A DNA stretch of 47,542 nucleotides. Source: Gammaproteobacteria bacterium. Its GTDB lineage: Bacteria > Pseudomonadota > Gammaproteobacteria > Steroidobacterales > Steroidobacteraceae. Location of the stretch: the NCBI GenBank assembly GCA_023265875.1, contig JAHFSF010000001.1, forward strand, positions 1-47,542, read 5' to 3'. The position numbers and the translations under genes are program-made. Shown piece by piece: positions 1-8,887 of the stretch; within the stretch, counting starts at the first letter, position 1, and each line of letters begins with the position of its first letter. Under the pieces are notes generated by a model. That model was not told the origin of the DNA and did not search any database. It worked only from the letters and a program-made list of their open reading frames with translations.

Positions 1-58
1 CCGTGACGTTCGATGTCCTGCTCTCCGACCATGCGATCAGCGCCACCGCAAGGAGGAT

Positions 59-132
59 TGGAGCGGGTGATGGGAATCGAACCCACGTTAGCAGCTTGGG
101 AAGCTGCAGTTCTACCATTGAACTACACCCGC
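59..132 (-). tRNA. tRNA-Gly (anticodon CCC)
   Basis: The reverse complement reads GCGGGTGTAGTTCAATGGTAGAACTGCAGCTTCCCAAGCTGCTAACGTGGGTTCGATTCCCATCACCCGCTCCA. It has a 7-bp acceptor stem GCGGGTG/CACCCGC, a GGTTCGATTCC T-arm, anticodon stem GCAGC/GCTGC with loop TT-CCC-AA, and an encoded CCA. Confidence 0.9.
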
Positions 133-137
133 CGGGA

Positions 138-1181
138 TTACTTTGCGACGAGGATCTTCCTGACCCAGCCGCTGCCGCTGCCGGACTCGACCTTCAGATA
201 GCCGGCCTGCTCCTCGCCCATGTAGATCATTTCGTCGGTCTTCGCGAGTGTCGCAACCACCTTGCCGCCCTCACCCGCACTGCCCATCACCTTGACGCCG
301 GCGATCTTCGGGTAGAGCACGTCACCCTCGTTGAACACCGCCCCGGCTTTCGTCGAACCACCGGCCGCGGCTTCCTGCGCGAGCGTGCCGACATCGCGAT
401 GCAGGCTCGGGTCGTTGCGCACGACGCGGACGATGTTGTTGTAGTTGTCCGCGAAGCTCGCCGCGATGATCTTGCCTTCGTTCGTATTGCCATAGCCGCC
501 GGCTCCGCCCGCGGCGCCGCCGCCGATGACAAGGGCGCCGAGCGAAAGATCGGCTTTCTTCGAACTGCCCTCTGCCGCCGCGACCTGCACGCCCGAGCGC
601 GCATCGGCGACCAGCATGCTGGTCTGGGCTTCCTTGAACTTGAGTCCGCCGACGATCGCGCCGAGCGCGGATCCGCGTCCGCCGAACAACCCGCCGAGCG
701 CTCCGCCGACACCGCCGGCGTTGCTCTCCGAGAATACGACGGTCGGCGTCATGATGAAGTCCGCCGCGACCATCTGGCCGCCGCCGACGTTCGAGCCGCC
801 GCGCAACTCGCCGCCGCCGGCCAGCGCCCGCTCCTGCATCATGTTCTGCATGCCCTGGCCGCGCTCGACGACGATGAAGCAGTTCGACTGCTGGATCATC
901 ATCCGGATCAGGCCGACCGGCGACTGCAGGTTGTAACGGGCCAGCGCCTGCATCACGTAGTCCTGCGGCTCGACGACCGCCATGGCGCCCATCGGCTTGT
1001 CACAGCGCTCGAGATCGGCAGCGGCGCCCTGCGCCCCCTGCGTTCCGGCGGCACCCTGGACGTCCGATCCCCCTTGGCCCTTCTTGGTGTCCAGGACGCC
1101 ATGCGCGCCTGCGCCCACGACGACGCAAAAGCCACAAAGCGCCACGGCGACAGAACGCACGAGCCCCGGGTACGAATTCAT
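138..1181 (-). CDS. CsgG/HfaB-family outer-membrane lipoprotein with extra C-terminal SH3-like tail
   Basis: ORF 138..1364 trimmed to ATG at 1181, which is preceded by a GGAGG SD. N-terminal signal has Cys (VAVALCGFC). The core aligns by eye with E. coli CsgG: SPVGLIRMMIQQSNCFIVVERGQGMQNMMQERAL vs SATAMLVTALKDSRWFIPLERQGLQNLLNERKI, and AADFIMTPTVVFSESNAGGVGG vs AANIMVEGSIIGYESNVKSGGVG. Confidence 0.75.
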   Translation of the reverse strand: MNSYPGLVRSVAVALCGFCVVVGAGAHGVLDTKKGQGGSDVQGAAGTQGAQGAAADLERCDKPMGAMAVVEPQDYVMQALARYNLQSPVGLIRMMIQQSNCFIVVERGQGMQNMMQERALAGGGELRGGSNVGGGQMVAADFIMTPTVVFSESNAGGVGGALGGLFGGRGSALGAIVGGLKFKEAQTSMLVADARSGVQVAAAEGSSKKADLSLGALVIGGGAAGGAGGYGNTNEGKIIAASFADNYNNIVRVVRNDPSLHRDVGTLAQEAAAGGSTKAGAVFNEGDVLYPKIAGVKVMGSAGEGGKVVATLAKTDEMIYMGEEQAGYLKVESGSGSGWVRKILVAK

Positions 1182-1245
1182 ATCCCCTCCAATGGAAGCG
1201 CCGGCCAATATACTACCGCGTTCGCTGACGTGTACATTCAACGCC

Positions 1246-2850
1246 ATGCTCCCCACGCGTCTTGTCACGGATGTCGCAATCGCCGGAGCCGGCCTCGCCG
1301 GCATCACGGCCGCGATCGAAGCACTCAACCGTGGCCGGCGCGTGTTGCTGCTCGACCGCGACACCGAAGAAAATCTCGGCGGCCTTGCCAGGGAATCATT
1401 CGGCGGGCTGTGGTTCGCCGGATCACCGATTCAGCGCCGCTACCGGATCCGGGACAGCGTCGAACTGGGCCTGCAGGACTGGCTGGCGACAGGCGAACTC
1501 GGGCCGGACGATCACTGGCCGCGCGCCTGGGCCCGCGCCTACGTCGAGCGCTGCATGCCGGACATCTATCACTGGCTGACGGCGCTAGGCATCAAATTCA
1601 TGCCGATGCCGATGTGGATCGAGCGCGGCCTGTACCAGCCCGGCAATTCGGTCCCGCGCTTCCATGTGGTCTGGGGCACCGGTCACGTGCTCGCCACGAC
1701 CTTGTCGAACCACCTGCTGAATCATCCACGGCGCAAATTGCTTGACTTGAAATTCGGCCATCGCGTCGATGCGCTGCTGACGACCGGCGGACGGGTCGTC
1801 GGGCTGCGTGGAAGCACCGAACCGGATGGACAGCCCTTCGAGGTCGCGGCCGATGCAGTCATCATCGCCGCCGGCGGCATCAACGGCGACATCGAGCGCG
1901 TGCGCCGCCACTGGCACGCCGACTGGGGCAGCCCGCCTGCCGTCATCCTGAACGGGTCGCACCGATTCGCCGATGGGACCCTCCACGACGCGGCAGCGGC
2001 AGCCGGCGCGGTACTGACGCACCTGGACTTGCAGTGGAATTATGCGGCAGGCATCCGGCACTGGCGGCCACGCCAGCCGGATCACGGGCTTTCCCTGCTC
2101 CCGTCGAAATCCGCGCTCTGGCTGAATGCCCGCGGCGAGCGCATCGGCCCGATGCCGCTCGTGGCCGGTTTCGACACACGCGAACTGGTGGCGCAGATCT
2201 GCCGCCAGCCGGGTGGCTACAGCTGGCAATTGCTGAACCGCCGGATCGCGCTGAAGGAACTTTCGGTATCCGGCGCCGAGTTCAATCCGCCTTTCAGGAA
2301 GCGACAGCGCCTCGCCGTCGCGCGCGACCTGCTGTTCGGCAATCGCTGGCTCTACGACGAGCTGACACGCAACAGCGAGGACATCGTGCAGGCCGCTACG
2401 CTGCCCGAGCTGGTCGAGCGCATGAATGCCCTGAATGGCGAGGATGTCGTCGACCTGGCGACAGTCGAGGCGGCGGTCGCGCGCTATGACGCTGCAATCG
2501 ATCGCGGTCCGCGATTCCACAACGATGAGCAGCTGCGGCGCATCGCCTTCATGCGGCGCTGGCCCGGGGACCGCCTGCGGACCTGCGCCTTCCAGAAGAT
2601 CCTCGACCCGCGCGCGCGGCCGTTGATGGCGATCCGCGAGCACATCGTCAGCCGCAAGAGCATGGGCGGCATCCAGACCGACCTCGACTGCCGCGCCCTG
2701 GACCGCGCGGGCCAGCCGATCGCCGGATTGTTTGCAGCAGGCGAGGCGGCGGGCTTCGGCGGCGGCGGCATGCACGGCAAGCGCAGCCTCGAAGGAACCT
2801 TCCTCGGCGGCTGCCTGCTCACGGGCCGCGTCGCCGGCCGGCTGGCCTGA
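1246..2850 (+). CDS. FAD-binding dehydrogenase (fumarate reductase/succinate dehydrogenase flavoprotein-like oxidoreductase)
   Basis: ORF 982..2850 trimmed to ATG 1246 (MLPTRLVTDVAIAGAGLAGITAA dinucleotide-binding motif). C-terminal GLFAAGEAAGFGGGGMHG is typical of this flavoprotein class. Confidence 0.75.
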   Translation: MLPTRLVTDVAIAGAGLAGITAAIEALNRGRRVLLLDRDTEENLGGLARESFGGLWFAGSPIQRRYRIRDSVELGLQDWLATGELGPDDHWPRAWARAYVERCMPDIYHWLTALGIKFMPMPMWIERGLYQPGNSVPRFHVVWGTGHVLATTLSNHLLNHPRRKLLDLKFGHRVDALLTTGGRVVGLRGSTEPDGQPFEVAADAVIIAAGGINGDIERVRRHWHADWGSPPAVILNGSHRFADGTLHDAAAAAGAVLTHLDLQWNYAAGIRHWRPRQPDHGLSLLPSKSALWLNARGERIGPMPLVAGFDTRELVAQICRQPGGYSWQLLNRRIALKELSVSGAEFNPPFRKRQRLAVARDLLFGNRWLYDELTRNSEDIVQAATLPELVERMNALNGEDVVDLATVEAAVARYDAAIDRGPRFHNDEQLRRIAFMRRWPGDRLRTCAFQKILDPRARPLMAIREHIVSRKSMGGIQTDLDCRALDRAGQPIAGLFAAGEAAGFGGGGMHGKRSLEGTFLGGCLLTGRVAGRLA

Positions 2851-2873
2851 GGATCCCAGGGCCCGTCATCGGC

Positions 2874-4028
2874 CTATTTCGCGATCGCCTCGCAGCTCTC
2901 GAGATTCGCGCCGGCATCGTAGGCAAGCCCGCTCTTGGTGATGCCCGTGACGCAGAACGTCACGGTGCCGGTGGTCCTCGAGCGCGATGAATAGAAAGTG
3001 GCGAGGCCGGCAGCATCGGTCGTCCGCGATGTATCGCCGCCGGTGATCACGCCTGACCAGCTCCCGCCAACGGTGGCACCCGCGACCGCCTGGCCAAGTC
3101 CGTTGACGACCAGCACGCGGGCGATCACCTGCGTGCCGCGCGAATCCAGACTCGTTGCAATGTTCTGAACGTGCATGGAGGCTGGATCCCCCGGCGGGGG
3201 CGGCTGCGGCGCTGCGCCGACTTCGCAATTCTCGCCGGCCGTGTATCGCACCCAGTCATAGAGCGCATGCAGCGGCGTGCCCGGATAGACGAAGGTGCCG
3301 GCCCATGCGGCGGCTGTCGCATCGACCGGCCACAGGTTCATCATGATCTTGTGCAGCGAATCGCCCGCCTTTGGCGTCGGATTCGATGCCTGGTCGAATG
3401 CCTCGTGTATCAGCGTGCCGTCCACGTACCAGCGAATGCCCGTCGCAGTCCACTTGAAGGCGTAGGCATGGAATCCGCTCGCCGCATTGAGTCCAAGATC
3501 GACCAGGACTTCGTTCCTGGACGCGTAGGCATCGTCGTTGGTGTAGAAGTTGAGCTGCGCACGCGTCGTGTCGTAGCCGAGGAACTCGATATCGATCTCG
3601 TTGTGCCTGCCATTGCCGCCATTGTCGTAAGGGCCGGCAAAGGTGAAGAATGTGCTGACGACGCCGGCCCGCTCGACCGGACGGAAACCCGCCTCGTAAC
3701 AGCCGTAGCCGTAATAGCCAGTCGTCCGGTATTCACCCGAGGAGTACGGCTCGCCGAGGTACGCCTGGCTGGAAAGTCGCAGGTCCATCATGCCGTTCGC
3801 GAACGACACGTGGTCGGCGCGCCAGGCGTTGTCGAACGGAGACCCGTTCGTCCAGCCGTCGGCCTTGACCCAGCGCACGGCGTCGAAACCATCGAGATGA
3901 TCGGTGAATGAGCCCTGCGCCCTGGGTCCCGAAACGGGTCTTGCCGCAAACGCAGCCGGAGGGGCGAATGCAAGGGACAGCAGCACGATCAGCCCGGTCA
4001 CGGCCGGGTCACGCATCCTTGGCGTCAT
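2874..4028 (-). CDS. secreted glycoside hydrolase family 16 beta-glucanase with C-terminal Ig-like domain
   Basis: GH16 catalytic motif NEIDIEFLG. Signal peptide MTPRMRDPAVTGLIVLLSLAFAPPAAFA. ATG 4028 is preceded by a GGGGGGAGG SD. Confidence 0.8.
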   Translation of the reverse strand: MTPRMRDPAVTGLIVLLSLAFAPPAAFAARPVSGPRAQGSFTDHLDGFDAVRWVKADGWTNGSPFDNAWRADHVSFANGMMDLRLSSQAYLGEPYSSGEYRTTGYYGYGCYEAGFRPVERAGVVSTFFTFAGPYDNGGNGRHNEIDIEFLGYDTTRAQLNFYTNDDAYASRNEVLVDLGLNAASGFHAYAFKWTATGIRWYVDGTLIHEAFDQASNPTPKAGDSLHKIMMNLWPVDATAAAWAGTFVYPGTPLHALYDWVRYTAGENCEVGAAPQPPPPGDPASMHVQNIATSLDSRGTQVIARVLVVNGLGQAVAGATVGGSWSGVITGGDTSRTTDAAGLATFYSSRSRTTGTVTFCVTGITKSGLAYDAGANLESCEAIAK

Positions 4029-4108
4029 TTGCCTCCCCCCTCGGGATGCCCCGGCCACGGCGCAACCCGCACAGCCTAGCGAAACCGTGAACTACTTCAC
4101 ACTTTGGC

Positions 4109-4136
4109 TTGACATAAGCCGCGCCGCGCGCATAAA
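4109..4136 (+). promoter_or_regulatory. candidate sigma70 promoter TTGACA-N16-CATAAA for the alpha-hydroxyacid dehydrogenase/trmB unit
   Basis: TTGACA at 4109-4114 and CATAAA at 4131-4136, about 30 nt upstream of ATG 4165. Sequence match only. Confidence 0.4.
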
Positions 4137-4164
4137 GGCCGTCCAGGCAACAGGATCCGGCTGA

Positions 4165-5307
4165 ATGAAGCTTCGCGACGCCGTCAACATCGGGGACCTG
4201 CGGTCGATTGCGCGACGGCGCGTGCCGCACTTCGTATTCGCCTATGTGGACGGCGGCGCCGAGGACGAAGTCACGCTGCGCGGCAACTGCGAGGCCTTTG
4301 CAAGACTGAGATTCCGGCCGCGCACGCTGGTTGACGTGTCGAAGCGCGACGTCTCGACGCAGCTGCTCGGCGCGCCGTCGGCGTTGCCGATCGTCGTCGG
4401 TCCGACCGGGCTGAATGGCCTGTCCTGGCGCGATGGCGACCTGGAACTCGCGCGGGCCGCCGCCGCCGCGGGCGTGCCGTTCGCGATGTCGACCGTTTCG
4501 ATGAGCCTCGCCGAGGACATTGCGCGGCAGGCGCCTGGCCGGCTGTGGCTGCAGGCCTATGTCTTCGCCGACCGGCGCATCACCGACGCGCTGATCCGGC
4601 GCGCGCTCGATGCCGGTTTCGAGGGCCTCATGCTGACCAGCGACTTCCCGGTGGCCGGCAAGCGCGAAGGCGACCTGCGCACGGGCCTGTTGCCGACGCA
4701 GCAGTTCACGCTGGCAACCAGGCTCGACATGCTGATGCATCCGCGCTGGCTCGCGACGGTCGCGATGCGCCGGCCGCGCTTCGTCAATGTCGAGCGCGAA
4801 TTGCCGCCAGGCCAGAACGTCAACTCTTTCGTCGGCCATGGCATGTTCGATCCGTCATTCCGGTGGGCTGACCTCCGGCATTTCCGCGATCTCTGGCCGC
4901 GCAAGCTGTTGTTGAAGGGCGTGCTGCGCGCCGATGATGCCCAGCGCGCCGTCGCGGCGGGCGTGGATGGGCTGGTGCTGTCGAATCATGGCGGCAGGCA
5001 GCTCGACGGCGCGATCAGCGCCATCGAGGCGCTGCCGGAGATAAGGCGCGCCGTGGGCGATCGCCCGGCCATCCTGGTCGATGGCGGCGTGCGCCGCGGC
5101 AGCGACATCGCGAAGGCAATCGCGCTGGGCGCCGCGGGAGTGATCCTGGGCCGCGCGCCGGTTTACGGGCTCGCGGCCGGTGGTGCTGCCGGCGTGACCC
5201 GGGCAATCGAAATCCTCGCGGACGAATTCGACCGCACGCTCGCGCTGACCGGTTGCCGCGATGTCGGTGAACTGACGCCGGACCTGATCGCGCCGCCATC
5301 CGCATGA
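4165..5307 (+). CDS. FMN-dependent alpha-hydroxy acid dehydrogenase/oxidase (L-lactate dehydrogenase-like)
   Basis: Family motifs SNHGGRQLD, VDGGVRRGSDIAKAIALGA and N-terminal FAYVDGGAEDE. Confidence 0.85.
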   Translation: MKLRDAVNIGDLRSIARRRVPHFVFAYVDGGAEDEVTLRGNCEAFARLRFRPRTLVDVSKRDVSTQLLGAPSALPIVVGPTGLNGLSWRDGDLELARAAAAAGVPFAMSTVSMSLAEDIARQAPGRLWLQAYVFADRRITDALIRRALDAGFEGLMLTSDFPVAGKREGDLRTGLLPTQQFTLATRLDMLMHPRWLATVAMRRPRFVNVERELPPGQNVNSFVGHGMFDPSFRWADLRHFRDLWPRKLLLKGVLRADDAQRAVAAGVDGLVLSNHGGRQLDGAISAIEALPEIRRAVGDRPAILVDGGVRRGSDIAKAIALGAAGVILGRAPVYGLAAGGAAGVTRAIEILADEFDRTLALTGCRDVGELTPDLIAPPSA

Positions 5308-6005
5308 TCGCGGACGCTCCCGGCGGCGACGGCAGGCGGCAGCCGATCCGCAGTTACGTGCTGCGCGGCGGCCGGATCACGAACGCGCAGCGGCGTGCAC
5401 TCGATGAGTTGTTGCCGCGCCGGGGGCTGCCGTTCGCACCCGCGCTGCTCGACCTCGATGCCGTCTATGGCCGCAGCGCGCCGCGCGTGATGGAAATCGG
5501 CTTCGGCAATGGCGCGACGCTGATCGAACTCGCCGCGTCCCGGCCCGGCACGGATTTCCTCGGTGTCGAAGTCCATCCGCCCGGCATCGGGCAATTGCTG
5601 CTCGGCATCGAGGCGCGCGGCCTGGCCAATGTCCGCGTGATCGCCCACGACGCGGTCGAGGTCCTGCGGCACCAGATCCCGCCCGCATCGCTCGACGAAG
5701 TGCTGCTGTACTTTCCCGATCCCTGGCCCAAGAAGCGCCATCACAAGCGGCGCATCGTGCAGGCGGCATTCGCCGCACTCGTGGCCAGCCGCCTGAGGCC
5801 CGGCGGCACGCTGCGCCTCGCGACCGACTGGGAGCCTTATGCAGAGTGGATGCTCGAGGTGCTGAACGCCGAGCCGGCGCTGCTCAATGCCGCAGCGAAC
5901 AGGCGCTGGATCGAGCGGCCGCCCGGCCGCGGCTCAACGCGCTTCGAGGCGCGCGGGCAGCGGCTCGGTCACCGGGTCTTCGACCTGGAGTACCGGCGCC
6001 TCTGA
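5304..6005 (+). CDS. trmB: tRNA (guanine46-N7)-methyltransferase
   Basis: IRSYVLRGGRITNAQ, MEIGFGNG SAM motif and YFPDPWPKKRHHKRR signature. The ATG overlaps the upstream stop (ATGA). Confidence 0.9.
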   Translation: MIADAPGGDGRRQPIRSYVLRGGRITNAQRRALDELLPRRGLPFAPALLDLDAVYGRSAPRVMEIGFGNGATLIELAASRPGTDFLGVEVHPPGIGQLLLGIEARGLANVRVIAHDAVEVLRHQIPPASLDEVLLYFPDPWPKKRHHKRRIVQAAFAALVASRLRPGGTLRLATDWEPYAEWMLEVLNAEPALLNAAANRRWIERPPGRGSTRFEARGQRLGHRVFDLEYRRL

Positions 6006-6013
6006 AAAGGGCT

Positions 6014-6069
6014 GTAAAGGGGACGCACCCCTTTACCTTTAGCCTTTGTAAAGGCGTGCGTCCCCTTTA
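6014..6069. terminator. composite inverted repeat / likely bidirectional terminator between convergent trmB and marC
   Basis: Local hairpin GTAAAGGGG-ACGCA-CCCCTTTAC (6014-6036) is followed by T-rich CTTTAGCCTTT. In addition, a 14-nt perfect long-range inverted repeat TAAAGGGGACGCAC (6015-6028) / GTGCGTCCCCTTTA (6056-6069) encloses CCTTTAC/GTAAAGG. Confidence 0.55.
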
Positions 6070-6681
6070 GAAGGCTCCGCTCAAGCCGTCGATCATGAAC
6101 TGCACGGCGAGCGCCGCGAGCACGACGCCCGCGAGCCGGCTGACGACATGGGCTCCGGTCACGCCCATGACCCGCATGACCGCCGGCGTCAGCCGCAACA
6201 GGCCGTAGGTGATTGCGAGCACCAGCACGACGACCCCGAACAGCCCAACCGCGAGCAGCGGCTCCGGCCTTGGCGCGCCGAAGGTCAGCAGCACGATCGC
6301 GATCGCGCCGGGTCCGGCGATGAACGGGAACGCAAGCGGAAACACGGAGATGTCCGCGCGCTTCCTGCTCTCGACTTTTTCCTCGGAGGTCACGCGCGTG
6401 CCGGACTCGCGCGCAAAGACCATCTCGAGCGCGATCAGGAACAGCATCACGCCGCCCGCGATGCGGAAGGCGTCGATGCTGATGCCCATCGTGTGCAGGA
6501 ACCAGGCGCCGCCCAGCGCGAATACCAGCAGCACGACGCCGGAGACGATGACGGCCTTCGCCGCCATGCGCCGGCGGAAATCCTCGGCCCCCTCGGTCAG
6601 CGCGGCAAACAGCGGCACCAGCGTGATCGGCTCCACCACGACAAAGAACAGGACAAAGAACTTCAGCAGCTCATCGATCAT
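6067..6681 (-). CDS. MarC-family (UPF0056) integral membrane protein
   Basis: About 200-aa polytopic membrane protein. N-terminal FVVVEPITLVPLFAALT and FPLAFPFIAGPGAI motifs are typical of MarC/YhgN. Confidence 0.8.
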   Translation of the reverse strand: MIDELLKFFVLFFVVVEPITLVPLFAALTEGAEDFRRRMAAKAVIVSGVVLLVFALGGAWFLHTMGISIDAFRIAGGVMLFLIALEMVFARESGTRVTSEEKVESRKRADISVFPLAFPFIAGPGAIAIVLLTFGAPRPEPLLAVGLFGVVVLVLAITYGLLRLTPAVMRVMGVTGAHVVSRLAGVVLAALAVQFMIDGLSGAF

Positions 6682-8071
6682 CGGATTTCACCGGCGCCTT
6701 GCCTGCCGCGACCACCGCGTGCCCATCGAGGATCCCCGTGCGCATCAGCCAGACCAACAATAGCAGGCCGGGAATGCTGAGCGCCGCCGTGTAGGTGAAG
6801 AACACCGGATATCCGATGGCGTCGACGACGAATCCGGAGGTGCCTTCGAGCAGCTTGCCCGGCAGCGCGTACAGCGAGGAAAAGAGCGCGTACTGCGTCG
6901 CCGTGTAGCGCGTGCTCGTCAGGCTCGACAGGAACGCGATCAACGCCGTGCCATGCACGCCCTGGGCCAGGCTGTCGAGGCTGTTGACGAGCGCGAGCCC
7001 GATGACCGTGGGCGAGCCGGTCGTTGCGAGCAGCGAGAACCCCAGGTTCGACAGCATGACCAGGCCGCTGCCGAGAAACAGCGCGCGACGCAGCCCGAAT
7101 CTCGCAATGACGGCGCCGCCCACCACGACGCCCAGCATCGAGATCGGCAGCCCGATGGCCTTCACGATCGTCGCGATCTGGATCAGCGTGTAGCCATGAT
7201 CGATGTAGAACGGGTTCGCCATCGAGCCCATCGTGAATTCGGTCAGGCGATAGCTGCCGACCAGCAGCAGCGTCAGGATCGCGATGCGGCCGCCGTAGCG
7301 GGCGAAGAAATCCACCAGTGGACAGATCACGGCGCCGATGAATGTGGCCCCGAATTCGCGCAGCGAGCCCGGCCAGTGCGCCTTGCGCTCGAGCCAGTCG
7401 ACGACCCGCGCCTCGCGCTCCGCCGTATCGCGCGAGACATCCGCCGGCGGCTCGCGCACGAGGAGCGTCGTGACGATGCCGACGCCGGCGAGCGCCGCCA
7501 TCGTCATGTAGCTGGCCGTCCAGCCATAGCCTGCGGCAATGCTGAGTGCGCCGGCGCCGCCGGTGATCAGGGCGGCGCGATATCCGATCTGGTAAGCCGC
7601 GGCCATCGCGCCCTGCATTTCCACCGGTGCCGATTCGATGCGCCATGCGTCCACCGCGATATCCTGGGTCGCCGAGCAGAACGCGAGGAACAGGGCGCCC
7701 AGGGCGATCTGCAGCACGCCCGTGGACGGGTCGCTGGTTGCCAGGTTGACGAGTCCGAGCGCGATGCCGGCCTGCGCCACGAGCATCCAGCTGCGCCGTC
7801 GCCCGAGCCACGCGAACAGGAGCGGAATGCGGGCACGATCAACGACCGGCGACCACAGGAACTTGACCGCATAGACGAGACCGACCCACGCCAGCATGCC
7901 GATCGTCGCCCGCTCGATCCCTGCCTGGCGCAACCACGCCGACAGGGTCTGGAACACCAGGTAGAACGGCAGTCCGGCCGAGAATCCCAGGAACAGCATC
8001 GACAGCACCCGCGCCTGGCCATAGATGCGAAGCGCCTGCCACCATCCGCGCGGCCGGCCGTCCGTGGTCAC
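6671..8071 (-). CDS. ampG: AmpG-family muropeptide MFS permease
   Basis: WWQALRIYGQARVLSMLFLGFSAGLPFYLVFQTLSAWLRQAGI is a typical AmpG N-terminus. Start assigned to GTG 8071, which overlaps the xthA stop (GTGA). ORF 6671..8227 is longer, but its 5' part lies inside xthA. Confidence 0.75.
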   Translation of the reverse strand: MTTDGRPRGWWQALRIYGQARVLSMLFLGFSAGLPFYLVFQTLSAWLRQAGIERATIGMLAWVGLVYAVKFLWSPVVDRARIPLLFAWLGRRRSWMLVAQAGIALGLVNLATSDPSTGVLQIALGALFLAFCSATQDIAVDAWRIESAPVEMQGAMAAAYQIGYRAALITGGAGALSIAAGYGWTASYMTMAALAGVGIVTTLLVREPPADVSRDTAEREARVVDWLERKAHWPGSLREFGATFIGAVICPLVDFFARYGGRIAILTLLLVGSYRLTEFTMGSMANPFYIDHGYTLIQIATIVKAIGLPISMLGVVVGGAVIARFGLRRALFLGSGLVMLSNLGFSLLATTGSPTVIGLALVNSLDSLAQGVHGTALIAFLSSLTSTRYTATQYALFSSLYALPGKLLEGTSGFVVDAIGYPVFFTYTAALSIPGLLLLVWLMRTGILDGHAVVAAGKAPVKSDDR

Positions 8072-8835
8072 AGTTCGTAATCCATCGTCAACGGGGCGTG
8101 ATCGGAAAACCACGTATCCCTGTAGATCGAGGCGGCACGCGCCCTGCCTGCGAGCGAAGGACTCGTGATCTGGTAGTCGATGCGCCAGCCGACGTTCCTG
8201 GCCCGGGCCTGACCGCGATTGGACCACCAGGTGTACTGCTCCGGCCTCGGATCGACCTCGCGGAATGCATCCACCCAGCCGAACTCACCGAACACGCGGT
8301 CGAGCCAGGCCCGCTCCTCGGGCAGGAATCCGGAATTCTTCTGGTTGGCGCGCCAGTTCTTCAGGTCGATGGGCTGGTGCGCGATGTTGACGTCGCCGCA
8401 GAACACGTAATCCCGCCGGCGCCGCCCAAGGCGCCGCAGGTGCGGCAGGAAGGCTTCGAGAAAGCGCATCTTGGAGGCCTGGCGTTCCGGTCCGGACGAA
8501 CCTGACGGCAGGTACAGGGACACGACGGAAAGCCGCCCGAACTGCAGTTCGAGATAACGGCCCTCGCGATCGAATTCGCTGACACCGAAACCGCGGACCA
8601 CGCGGTCGGGCTGCCGCTTCGAGAATGCCGCGACTCCGCTGTATCCCGGCCGCTCCGCCCCGAAATAGTGGCAGTGATAACCGGCCGGACGGAATCCTGC
8701 GTCCTCGAGCTGCTGCTCCTGGGCCCGGGTCTCCTGCAGACAGACGACGTCGGCAGTCTGCGCGGGCAGCCATTCGAACAGGCCCTTGCGGGCCGCGGAG
8801 CGGATGCCGTTGCAGTTGAGCGTGATGATGCGCAT
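8068..8835 (-). CDS. xthA: exodeoxyribonuclease III
   Basis: [14 protein letters not shown]...[10 protein letters not shown] and the C-terminal SDHAPL motif. Trimmed to ATG 8835. Confidence 0.9.
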   Translation of the reverse strand: MRIITLNCNGIRSAARKGLFEWLPAQTADVVCLQETRAQEQQLEDAGFRPAGYHCHYFGAERPGYSGVAAFSKRQPDRVVRGFGVSEFDREGRYLELQFGRLSVVSLYLPSGSSGPERQASKMRFLEAFLPHLRRLGRRRRDYVFCGDVNIAHQPIDLKNWRANQKNSGFLPEERAWLDRVFGEFGWVDAFREVDPRPEQYTWWSNRGQARARNVGWRIDYQITSPSLAGRARAASIYRDTWFSDHAPLTMDYEL

Positions 8836-8887
8836 GCTGTTTCCGCGGCCGATGCGCCATGATACGCACTGGCACGAGGAAGGGTGC

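Noticed and set aside
1-58. A possible second tRNA or tRNA fragment (GTTCGAT T-loop-like motif) at the window edge.
   Set aside because: The flanking bases do not form a T-stem or acceptor stem on either strand. The match is a chance TTCGA.
3-1745. A 580-aa ORF on the + strand spanning the tRNA, the CsgG-like gene and the start of the FAD dehydrogenase.
   Set aside because: Its composition is Arg/Ala/Asp/His-rich and low in complexity, typical of an antisense or alternate frame in high-GC DNA. It runs across a tRNA and overlaps two ORFs with clear family signatures.
59-4100. A genomic island or prophage integrated at tRNA-Gly.
   Set aside because: There is no integrase, no direct repeat of the tRNA 3' end within the window, no phage or mobility genes, and no obvious compositional shift. 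The tRNA 3' end also faces the window edge rather than these genes.
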